DNA of 64,000 bases. It comes from a bacterium. Lineage in GTDB: Bacteria > Patescibacteriota > Patescibacteriia > Patescibacteriales > GWC2-42-12. The position numbers were made by a program, and so were the translations under genes. Where the stretch lies: assembly GCA_030650415.1 (NCBI GenBank), contig JAUSEG010000025.1, forward strand, positions 11,916 through 75,915, given 5' to 3'. Shown here one piece after another: positions 50,375 through 58,641 of this stretch; the stretch's first letter is position 1, and every line of letters begins with the position of its first letter. The notes beneath the pieces are model-generated. The model worked only from the letters and a program-made list of their open reading frames with translations, did not search any database and had not been told where the DNA came from.

Positions 50375-50590
50375 ATGAAAAAACAATTTGAAGATCTCGT
50401 CCAACAACCAGAGAATAAAGAAAGTGAAAAGTAGTTTATATTAACCATGACTCCAATACAAAAAACTGACCTAATTAGAATGATAAATTATGATTTAAGC
50501 CAACCGTTAGGACCAGAACATGGCAACAGATTAAATAATTTATTTAAAAAATTAACTGGGAAAAATCATGATAATTGGAATAAAGAATAA
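50375..50590 (+). pseudogene. Possible small ORF (72 codons) with an internal TAG at 50432-50434
   Basis: MKKQFEDLVQQPENKESEK*FILTMTPIQK...NKE* in one frame; terminator-like hairpin 50625-50657. Confidence 0.3.
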
Positions 50591-50677
50591 CTTTTCAAAA
50601 ATATAAATATCTATTACACATAATAAAAACGCCTCGTAGCTTTACGGGGCGTTTTTATAAATCTAAATCTCTAAATA

Positions 50678-51244
50678 TTAATTCTGCTCCCTGCCGACAT
50701 ATTCTCCGGTATCCGTGTTAACTATAACTACTTCGCCTTCGCTGATGAACATCGGAACGCTGATTTGCATGCCGGTTTCTAATTCAACGACCTTGGTTAC
50801 GTTACCGGCTGAATTTCCTTTAACTCCGGGAGGAGCGCTGGTGACTTTTAGGGCAATTTTGATGGGTAGCTTTAGGGCGACTGTCTTACCTTGGAAATAC
50901 AAAACATCCACATCCATGCCTTCTTTTAAATAGCCAATTTTATCGCCAACTTGTTCTAAGGGCAGACCGGTTTGTTCAAAGGTTTCATTATCCATGAATG
51001 AGGCTTCGGTTTCGGTTTTATATTGATAATTTGCCGCCCGGGTTTCGGTTTCAGCTTCTTCGATCTTTTCGCCCTGCTGGAAAGATTTTTCTAAAATATT
51101 GCCATTAACCAAATTCTTTAACTTAGTTTTTAAAACCGCCCGGCGTTGCGCCGTCTTATTATGATCGGTTTTGATAACTACGTAAGGCTCATTACTAATT
51201 TGAACCAAAACACCGACTTTTATATCACCCTGGTTTAACATCAT
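50678..51244 (-). CDS. efp: Elongation factor P
   Basis: KTAQRRAVLKTKLKNL, PPGVKGNSA, VPMFISEGE, NTDTGEY. Confidence 0.95.
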   Translation of the reverse strand: MMLNQGDIKVGVLVQISNEPYVVIKTDHNKTAQRRAVLKTKLKNLVNGNILEKSFQQGEKIEEAETETRAANYQYKTETEASFMDNETFEQTGLPLEQVGDKIGYLKEGMDVDVLYFQGKTVALKLPIKIALKVTSAPPGVKGNSAGNVTKVVELETGMQISVPMFISEGEVVIVNTDTGEYVGREQN

Positions 51245-51314
51245 AACTTTAAACTTTTCGTAGCCCGGCCGTCAAAGCCACGCGCTTTATTATTTTCTAA
51301 TTAATAAATATTAA

Positions 51315-51536
51315 TTATTTATTCACGAACGGTATAATGGCCATAACGCGAGCGCGCTTGATGGCGATGGCTAATTTACGCTGATGCTTAGAGCAAGTGC
51401 CGGTTCTTTTCTTCGGTAAAATCTTACCGTAAGAATTAATAAAACGGCGCAAAAAATTAGCGTCTTTATAATCAACCTCTTTTAAATTATTTACGCAGAA
51501 ATAACATTGCTTGGCTTTTTTTATTGTCTCTTCCAT
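51315..51536 (-). CDS. rpsR: 30S ribosomal protein S18
   Basis: CYFC, DYKD, GKILPKKRTGTCSKHQR. Confidence 0.97.
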   Translation of the reverse strand: MEETIKKAKQCYFCVNNLKEVDYKDANFLRRFINSYGKILPKKRTGTCSKHQRKLAIAIKRARVMAIIPFVNK

Positions 51537-51547
51537 AAGACTTTCTT

Positions 51548-51634
51548 TGTCATTCTGGAGCGTAACGAAGTGGAGCGATAGAATCTCATTACCGCAGAGA
51601 TGCTATCGGTCGCCGCGCTCCCTCCAGCATGACA
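51548..51634. repeat. TGTC-ended palindromic element between ssb and rpsR
   Basis: tgtcattctggagcg...gatagaatctc...gagatgctatc...ctccagcatgaca. Confidence 0.9.
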
Positions 51635-51636
51635 TA

Positions 51637-52110
51637 TTAAAATGGTATATTTTCAACTCTGATTTCTTCTTCGCCTTGGCTCTCCCCGCCAGAAGTACCG
51701 GCGGCCTCATCAACATTAATTACCGGCTCGCTTGGCATAGGCGGCTGATCATTTCGTTCAATCGATCCTCTCGATCCCGCTCCGGCGCGATCAAGCATAA
51801 TCATATTTTCGGCGACAATCTCCGTGCGGTAGCGTTTAACGCTATCCTGCCCGACCCAGTCGCGAGTTTGCAATCTGCCTTCAAGATAAATTTTCGCGCC
51901 TTTCTTTAAATACTGTCCGCAAATTTCGGCCAGTCTGGCCCAAGCGACAATATTATGAAATTCCGCTTTTTCGTGTTTCTGTCCCGATTGATCGGTCCAA
52001 ACAAAATTAGTGGCCACGGAAAATGAAGCGACGGTTTTGCCGTTTGGCGTGGTTCTAACTTCCGGGTCGCGAGTTAAAAAACCGATGATCATGGCTTTGT
52101 TTAAATTCAT
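51637..52110 (-). CDS. ssb: Single-stranded DNA-binding protein
   Basis: NKAMIIGFLTRDPE, EGRLQTR, C-terminal IPF. Confidence 0.97.
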   Translation of the reverse strand: MNLNKAMIIGFLTRDPEVRTTPNGKTVASFSVATNFVWTDQSGQKHEKAEFHNIVAWARLAEICGQYLKKGAKIYLEGRLQTRDWVGQDSVKRYRTEIVAENMIMLDRAGAGSRGSIERNDQPPMPSEPVINVDEAAGTSGGESQGEEEIRVENIPF

Positions 52111-52190
52111 AAAGGTTGTTTTTGGCGCCGCTTGGCTGGGGGCGAAGCGACGGAAAATTTATTATTAAAAAATTTTAAACGTAAAAATAA

Positions 52191-52718
52191 TTATAGCAAA
52201 TTATCGGTTTCCAAAATTTTATCAAGCTTTTCATCCAAATCTTTTAGATCAACCTTGCCTTTATCCGCGGCTTTTACGCTAGGAGCGGTTTCAGCCGGCG
52301 TAACGCGTCGCGCGGAAATTTTCTCTTCGACTAATTTTTCTTCCTTAATATTTCTGGCCGCGATTTTTTCCGCGATTTTTTTATCATGCAAAATTTGCTC
52401 CTCGGTTTTTACTTCCTTCGAAACAACTTGCTGTCTTAAAATTTCACTCATCATGCGCAAGGCGTGATCAACATTAATAAGGTTTACGCCCGGCATATCA
52501 AACTCAACTAAAATATAATAGCCAAAACGAAAACCCTTAATCGGATAAGCCAATCTTTTTTTCCCCAAGCTAATACTCTGGGTAATTTTACCCTGATTGT
52601 TGGTAATTAATAAATTTACTTTCTCCATGATCGGCTTTATTTCATCCTCGCTGAACTGGTTGGAAATTAAATAAAGCAATTCATAATGGGGGGTCTCGCC
52701 TGATTTTACTTTTGACAT
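52191..52718 (-). CDS. rpsF: 30S ribosomal protein S6 with C-terminal extension
   Basis: YELLYL, GKKRLAYPI, GYY; rpsF-ssb-rpsR gene order. Confidence 0.93.
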   Translation of the reverse strand: MSKVKSGETPHYELLYLISNQFSEDEIKPIMEKVNLLITNNQGKITQSISLGKKRLAYPIKGFRFGYYILVEFDMPGVNLINVDHALRMMSEILRQQVVSKEVKTEEQILHDKKIAEKIAARNIKEEKLVEEKISARRVTPAETAPSVKAADKGKVDLKDLDEKLDKILETDNLL

Positions 52719-52842
52719 AGTTGCAATTAAATAATTAAACAAAATTTTATGGCCGTAGAGCTTTGCTCGCTATAAAATTTTATTTAATACATTATAATTT
52801 TTGAAAGTATTGAAAACTTTTTTAAAAAAGTTTTCAAAGGGT

Positions 52843-52980
52843 TAAAAAAATCCCAGATATTCTCTAAGTTCCCCAAAAAAATCGGGGCTATATCGGGATT
52901 GAGAATACCTTTAATCCGGTCGAAACCGGACTCGCGCCTCTTTGACAAAGCGCCTGGAAAAGGTTAAGTATTAAATTGTG
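52843..52980 (-). ncRNA. Candidate structured RNA or attenuator upstream of rpsF
   Basis: Promoter-like TTGCAA-17-TAAAGT near 53014-52986, multi-stem GC-rich region, then hairpin tcccgatat/atatctggga plus T run. Confidence 0.4.
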
Positions 52981-53051
52981 TTTTTACTTTATCATAGGCT
53001 CTTAAAAATTGCAAGAGCCGGATTCTTGTGCTAAAGTTTAATCAAAAGCGC

Positions 53052-53159
53052 AGGTTGTGCAATAATGTTGGTTTTGAGCGCATATGAAATTGTAGCAATT
53101 TTTTTTAAAAATTGCCCAAATTTCATCTTAAGCGAAAAACCAACATTATTGCACAACCT
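53052..53159. repeat. Family E long hairpin
   Basis: aggttgtgcaataatgttggtttt-GAGCGCATA...TCTTAAGCG-aaaaaccaacattattgcacaacct. Confidence 0.88.
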
Positions 53160-53171
53160 TATTAAAACAGT

Positions 53172-54458
53172 ATGAAATATTTTTTCATTTTAGGCACCAA
53201 TCCAACCCTATCATTAGCCGAATTAACCACGGTAATTAATCATGGAAAATTTTCTCTGATACAAAAAGATATCGCCATTTTAGAATGCGCTGAAAAAATC
53301 GAAACCAGTGTCATAAATAAAATCGGCGGGACCATTAAGATCGGTTCTGTCCGCGAAGAAATTGATTCTTACGCCGTTAAAGATATCTTAAATTCAATCG
53401 CCAATTTCGCCAAACCGGAAAAAATCGAAACAAAATTTAACTTCGGCATTTCTTTTTATGGCAAAATAAAAATTCACCCCGTGAAATCCGCTCCCCAGTT
53501 GAATCCGACAAAGTCGGTGCGAAGCAATTCAACGGGGCAAGAAGCGGGAATTCCGCTAAGAGCGGAATTATTTCACGGGGTAAATCTGAAAGTTCTAGGT
53601 ATGAAACTTAAAAAATTGCTTAAAGAGTCGGAAATTAGTAGCCGCTGGGTTATAAGCAAAGAACCAACTTTGTCCAGTGTAGTGGTTGAACAAAATAAAT
53701 TAATTACGGACAGGGGAGTGGAAATTGTGATTATTCAATTCAATAAAAAACTTTACATAGGAAAAACTTTAGCCGTTCAACCGTTTAAAGATCTATCTTT
53801 CCGCGATTATGGCCGGCCGGCTCGCGACTCTCACTCTGGCATGCTACCGCTAAAACTAGCTCAAATAATGATAAATATGTCGGGCGCACGCCTTAATGAA
53901 ACTATCTTAGACCCGTTTTGCGGTTCAGGCACAATTGTAACCGAAGCTATGCTTATGGGATATAGTAATATTATCGGCGCCGACCTTTCCGATCGAGCGA
54001 TTACCGACACCAGGACAAATATTGAGTGGATTAAAAAAAATTACGAGCTACCGATTACAAATTTAAATTTAAACAACATTGATGCGACACAAATTTCAAA
54101 ACAAATTAAGCCAGACTCGGTTGACGCCATCATCACCGAACCATACTTAGGTCCGCAGCGAGGACGGTTTGATGTAAGTAAAACAATCAACGAGCTGGAA
54201 CGGCTTTATTCCCGAAGCTTATCTGAATTTAATAAAATCTTAAAACCGGGCGGAAAAATAGTTATGGTCTGGCCGGTATTCTGCGGCCAATTTAAAAATA
54301 TTTTTCTTAATCCGGATTTAAACGACCTGAAAATTATCAACCCCATACCGGAAAATCTACAAACTAATATCTTCATAAAAACAACTGTCCGCCAAACTAT
54401 TATCTACGGCCGCGAACTGCAAAAAGTCTGGCGGGAGATAGTGGTGTTAGAGAAATAA
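53172..54458 (+). CDS. Trm11/TrmG10-like RNA methyltransferase with a 36-aa palindrome-derived insertion
   Basis: GMLPLKLAQIMIN, LDPFCGSGT, ITEPYLG; insertion HPVKSAP...LFHGV. Confidence 0.82.
   Translation: MKYFFILGTNPTLSLAELTTVINHGKFSLIQKDIAILECAEKIETSVINKIGGTIKIGSVREEIDSYAVKDILNSIANFAKPEKIETKFNFGISFYGKIKIHPVKSAPQLNPTKSVRSNSTGQEAGIPLRAELFHGVNLKVLGMKLKKLLKESEISSRWVISKEPTLSSVVVEQNKLITDRGVEIVIIQFNKKLYIGKTLAVQPFKDLSFRDYGRPARDSHSGMLPLKLAQIMINMSGARLNETILDPFCGSGTIVTEAMLMGYSNIIGADLSDRAITDTRTNIEWIKKNYELPITNLNLNNIDATQISKQIKPDSVDAIITEPYLGPQRGRFDVSKTINELERLYSRSLSEFNKILKPGGKIVMVWPVFCGQFKNIFLNPDLNDLKIINPIPENLQTNIFIKTTVRQTIIYGRELQKVWREIVVLEK
53477..53580 (+). repeat. TAAA-tagged element with a nested T-shaped element (53493-53537), all in frame
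   Basis: ttca-ccccgtgaaat...[ccccagttgaat ccgac aaa gtcgg tgcgaagca attcaacgggg caag]...atttcacgggg-taaa; 104+4=108 bp. Confidence 0.88.
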
Positions 54459-54459
54459 T

Positions 54460-55506
54460 ATGCCAAAAACTAAGAAACCGAATCGCCGGCCGGACAACCC
54501 GGCCCATTCCGTGGCTTCTCTATTTAAACAGCTCGGACGGGAAGAAAAAATTAAAGTGCGGCTTGAGCCGGCCTGGCAACAGGTGGGAAAAATTACGCGC
54601 CCGGACGGCACCGCGACCTATTTTCGAGGCACTAATTTTGATTTAAACGGCCTGGGCGCCACGGAAATCGCGCGGGACAAGGGTTACGCCGCTTACTTTT
54701 TAAAACTGGCCGGCTTCAGGGTTATCCCGGGCAAAACCTTTTATTCGCCTAAATTTGCCAGACAGCTAAACAGCCGGAACGACCCGACCGCGGCTTATGA
54801 ATACGCGAAAAATAAAATCGGCTGGCCAGTAGTAGTTAAACCGAATAGCCTTTCACAAGGGCGGCTGGTTTGCGTGGCTGATGACAAACCAACTTTCGCG
54901 CAAGCGGCGCAGAAAATTTGCCGATTAGACCGAGTCTTTTTGGTTCAGCCTTTGCTTCTCGACCATGATTATCGGGTGGTAATTCTAGACGGCGAAGTTA
55001 TTTCCGCTTATGAAAGACTGCCGCTTTTCGTTATCGGCGACGGCATTGCCACCATCGACGAGCTGCTAAATAAAAAACAAAAAAAATACGAAGCGAGCGG
55101 CCGCGATACGACCATAGACAAGCGAGACTTTCGCATTGATCTAAGGCTTAAAAGGCATTATCTTAATCGCGCCTCCGTTTTAGCCAAAGGGCAAATTTTT
55201 AATTTACTGGACAATCGCAATTTATCAACCGGCGGCGAAGCCATTGATGCAACCGACGAAATTCACTCTTCGTATAAAAACCTGGCCGTTAAGATCGTCC
55301 GCGGCATGGGCCTTCGGTACTGCGGCGTTGATTTAATGGTGCAAAGCGACATCAAAAAACCCCTTGATCCTCGGACAAATAATTATTACGTTATAGAAAT
55401 AAATTCGGCTCCGGGCATTGATAATTACGCCAAATCGGGCGCCAAGCAGAAAAAAATTGTTAAAGAAATTTACCGGAAAATTTTAAAAAAATTAAACAAC
55501 CAATAA
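54460..55506 (+). CDS. ATP-grasp ligase (cyanophycin synthetase/GshAB-like domain)
   Basis: PVVVKP, DYRV, GDG, NLSTGG, GVDL, IEINSAPG. Confidence 0.82.
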   Translation: MPKTKKPNRRPDNPAHSVASLFKQLGREEKIKVRLEPAWQQVGKITRPDGTATYFRGTNFDLNGLGATEIARDKGYAAYFLKLAGFRVIPGKTFYSPKFARQLNSRNDPTAAYEYAKNKIGWPVVVKPNSLSQGRLVCVADDKPTFAQAAQKICRLDRVFLVQPLLLDHDYRVVILDGEVISAYERLPLFVIGDGIATIDELLNKKQKKYEASGRDTTIDKRDFRIDLRLKRHYLNRASVLAKGQIFNLLDNRNLSTGGEAIDATDEIHSSYKNLAVKIVRGMGLRYCGVDLMVQSDIKKPLDPRTNNYYVIEINSAPGIDNYAKSGAKQKKIVKEIYRKILKKLNNQ

Positions 55507-55641
55507 GGCGAGGAGGTTTATTTATCGCTTAGATAAAATTTGAGTATTTTTTCTTAAAATTATAATAAACTGGGTCTGGATAATTTTAAGAAAAAATAAT
55601 ACAATTTTATATGCGCTCTAAATAAACTTCCTCGCCTTATT
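55502..55641. repeat. Family E long hairpin, opposite orientation, between convergent genes
   Basis: aataaggcgaggaggtttattta-tcgcttaga...tatgcgctc-taaataaacttcctcgccttatt. Confidence 0.88.
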
Positions 55642-55655
55642 AATTTATCTGAAAA

Positions 55656-56726
55656 CTAATTATTAATCAAAAAATTGCAAACATCCCCGTCCTGGATAAC
55701 ATATTCTTTGCCTTCGGTTCTAATGAGGCCAAGCTCGCGCGCCCGCGCTTCGTTTCCGGCCTCAATAAATTTTTGCCAATTGATCACTTCGGCGCGGATA
55801 AAACCTTTGGTAAAATCCGTGTGAATTACGCCGGCGGCCTCGGGCGCTTTAGTCCCGCGCTTAATCGTCCATGCCCGGGTTTCATCCGCGCCGGTGGTCA
55901 AAAAAGTGATTAAACCTAAAATTTCATAAGAGGCTTTAATTAATTTAGCCAGTCCGCTCTCGCTTAAACCCAGCTCTTTAACATACTCGGCCTGCTCCGC
56001 CTCGGGCAAATTCGCGATTTCTTCTTCAATCCTGGCGTTAATTTCAATAACTTTTCCTTCCCAATTTTTCACTTCCGCCTTGGCGCTGGCCGAATCATCT
56101 TTTACGTTCAGCGCATAAATTATCGGCTTAATGGTTAAGAGTCCTAAAATTTTTACCTCTTTCATTTCCTCTTCGGTAAAAATTAAATCGCGCGCCGCTT
56201 TGCCGGCTTCCAACTGGGTTTTCAATTTTTCTAACACGCCTTTTAAAAATATCATCTCTTTACTGCCGCTCTTGGCTTCTCGAACCACTTTTTCCAAGCG
56301 TTTTTCTACCGTAGCTAAATCGGCGAAAATCAATTCCAAATTGATGGTCTCCCGGTCGCCTTCGGGATCGATCTTACCATTAACATGGATAATATTATCG
56401 TCTTTAAAATCGCGAACCACTTCTAGAATCGCGTCACACTCGCGGATATGGGATAAAAATTTATTGCCCAACCCCTCGCCCTCGGACGCGCCCTTAACCA
56501 AACCGGCGATATCCACGAATTCAATAACGGTCGGAATAATTTTTTTCGGTTTAGAAATAACCGCCAATTTTTCCAACCGTTCATCCGGAACTTTAACCAC
56601 GCCGACATTCGGGTCAATGGTGCAAAAAGGATAATTAGAGGCGTCGACTTTATTTCTGGTTAAAGCATTAAATAGGGTTGATTTGCCAACATTAGGCAAG
56701 CCGACTATGCCGATTGATAAAGACAT
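55656..56726 (-). CDS. ychF: Redox-regulated ATPase YchF
   Basis: GIVGLPNVGKSTLFNAL, YPFCTIDPN, DIAGLVKGASEGEGLGN. Confidence 0.97.
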   Translation of the reverse strand: MSLSIGIVGLPNVGKSTLFNALTRNKVDASNYPFCTIDPNVGVVKVPDERLEKLAVISKPKKIIPTVIEFVDIAGLVKGASEGEGLGNKFLSHIRECDAILEVVRDFKDDNIIHVNGKIDPEGDRETINLELIFADLATVEKRLEKVVREAKSGSKEMIFLKGVLEKLKTQLEAGKAARDLIFTEEEMKEVKILGLLTIKPIIYALNVKDDSASAKAEVKNWEGKVIEINARIEEEIANLPEAEQAEYVKELGLSESGLAKLIKASYEILGLITFLTTGADETRAWTIKRGTKAPEAAGVIHTDFTKGFIRAEVINWQKFIEAGNEARARELGLIRTEGKEYVIQDGDVCNFLINN

Positions 56727-56731
56727 TTTTT

Positions 56732-56781
56732 TGTCATTCCCGCAACCTGTCCCGAGCTTGTCGAGGGAAGGCGGGAATCCA
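56732..56781. repeat. Half TGTC element with a nested CCTG-tagged palindrome (56746-56768)
   Basis: tgtcattcccgcaa[cctgtcccgagcttgtcgaggga]aggcgggaatcca. Confidence 0.75.
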
Positions 56782-56890
56782 TTACATTATTATTAATCTA
56801 TCTTGAACTTACCAGAGATTCAATAATTTTACAAACTTTTATAAAAAATACTCTCGCACAAGCTGTCTCGTGCGAGAGTTGACAAAAAAG

Positions 56891-57523
56891 TCAATCTGCC
56901 AGCGCGCTAAAGCCGTGGCGGACGACGCTGGTCTTCAAAGAACCAAGCGGCCGCTCGGATCGGCCGCGCGGTAAAACGCAAAGGCTATCGAAGCTGACGT
57001 CGCCAAGCCAGGTCCAAACAAGAATCAAACGTCCTGCATTAAAGCGAAGGCATGGGACAAAGAAGCTTGAAGCCAAATTGCTTAAAAGCGTGCCGGCAAA
57101 AATGATTACCTTATCGTGAACCGCTTCCGGAACTTCCTCCTGATGAACCAAGACGAATTTTGCGTCGCAAAGGCCATGATTGGTATTATCGTCAACGGCC
57201 TTCTGCCTCATCTCTTTGCCGGTCAGGCTGGGCTGGTCCTCCCTAAGAAGAGGGATGAAATCCAGATCAGCGACCGATCTGATGGCCGGAAAATTATCCT
57301 CGATCACCTCCCATTGTTTATCTTTTCCATGTCGAGGTATAAGCTCCGGGCAAATAATCTCGCAAGGAAATTGAGTAAGCCTAATCTCGCCACTGCGCAA
57401 ACCGCGAACGATCCGCCAGTTATTTCTAAACCAGTCGAGGTCTTCGCCGATTCCCTCAGGTCCATACTCTCCCAATCGCTCGTGGAGCAAGAGCTCCCCA
57501 ATTTGTTTCGGATTAATATTCAT
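56891..57523 (-). CDS. Hypothetical protein (stand-alone GC-shifted cassette)
   Basis: 210 aa; AAGGA/CAGGA before the ATG; promoter TGGACA-16-TATATT (57738-57711); terminator 56843-56880. Confidence 0.65.
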   Translation of the reverse strand: MNINPKQIGELLLHERLGEYGPEGIGEDLDWFRNNWRIVRGLRSGEIRLTQFPCEIICPELIPRHGKDKQWEVIEDNFPAIRSVADLDFIPLLREDQPSLTGKEMRQKAVDDNTNHGLCDAKFVLVHQEEVPEAVHDKVIIFAGTLLSNLASSFFVPCLRFNAGRLILVWTWLGDVSFDSLCVLPRGRSERPLGSLKTSVVRHGFSALAD

Positions 57524-57886
57524 TCCTGATTCCTTTCAACCTGCCGGCAATTCGTTTTAGCATAAGAGCCATTAGGCATCAAATTCCAAAACGCTCTACC
57601 AAGCAGAAATAGCGGCCGAAAGACATTCCCGGCCAGCTTTCTATCTAGAGTAACTATAGGCAAAAAGCTAGCCGGGAAATTTATATCTAAAAGAACGATA
57701 GTAACAACTAAATATAGCACTTTAAAATAATTTGTCCATAGCCAATAACCTTATATTTTGTTTTAAAAGCTTGACTTTATGGCTAGTTTTTCCTAATCTT
57801 ACCGCACGGAGGAAAATAATAACGAACATTAAAATCTAACTCGAACCTCTCACCCAAAACTCAAATCCTCAACCACGGAAAACATC

Positions 57887-58480
57887 ATGAAAATACAACG
57901 AGCACTCTTATCAGTATCTGACAAAACCGGTTTAGTCGCCTTCGCCAATGTCCTGGTGGAAGCAGGCGTGGAACTGCTTTCTACCGGCGGTACGGCCAAG
58001 ACCCTGCGTGAGGCTGGCCTGCCGGTCAAAGAAGTCAGCGAGTATACGGGCTTTCCTGAAATGATGGACGGCCGCGTCAAGACGCTACACCCAAAGATCC
58101 ATGGCGGTTTGCTGTACCTCCGCGGCAACGAACAACACGAAGCCGCGGCGCGCGCGCATGGCATAATGCCGATTGACCTGGTAGTCGTCAACCTCTACCC
58201 GTTTGAGCAAGTCGTGGCCAGGCCCAACTCAACCATTCATGAAGCCGTTGAAAACATCGACATCGGCGGGCCGAGCATGCTCCGCAGCGCGGGGAAAAAC
58301 TATGAAAGCGTCACTGCCGTGGTTGACCCGGCCGATTACGCCAAGGTCGCCGAGCAAATCAAGGCAGCCGGCAATACTACGCTGGAATTACGCCGCAAAC
58401 TAGCCGCAAAGGCTTTCAATCGTACTTCAGAGTACGACGAAGCCATCAGCCAACGTCTGGTTGGAATAACAGTGAGCTGA
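57887..58480 (+). CDS. purH: Stand-alone IMP cyclohydrolase (MGS-like N-terminal half of PurH)
   Basis: [43 protein letters not shown]; ends at 197 aa; promoter TTGACT(57771)-17-TAATCT; terminator 58540-58572. Confidence 0.88.
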   Translation: MKIQRALLSVSDKTGLVAFANVLVEAGVELLSTGGTAKTLREAGLPVKEVSEYTGFPEMMDGRVKTLHPKIHGGLLYLRGNEQHEAAARAHGIMPIDLVVVNLYPFEQVVARPNSTIHEAVENIDIGGPSMLRSAGKNYESVTAVVDPADYAKVAEQIKAAGNTTLELRRKLAAKAFNRTSEYDEAISQRLVGITVS

Positions 58481-58641
58481 CTTCTGACGAAAACCGCGGG
58501 TTTTAAAGACACTGATCAGAAAAGGAGGTCTAATCAGTCAAGCCGTCTTGCTTTAAGCGAGACGGTTTTTTTATTGGCTTTCAAAAACAATCAAAATAGG
58601 CTAAAATAAAAATATACGGTGTCGGACACCGCTAAACGATT

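Noticed and set aside
23205..56781. Integron attC sites or cassette array
   Set aside because: No IntI; the elements lack RYYYAAC/GTTRRRY ends and lie between core genes.
56891..57523. Diversity-generating retroelement target (C-terminus loosely lectin-like)
   Set aside because: No reverse transcriptase and no TR/VR pair differing at adenines is visible in the window.
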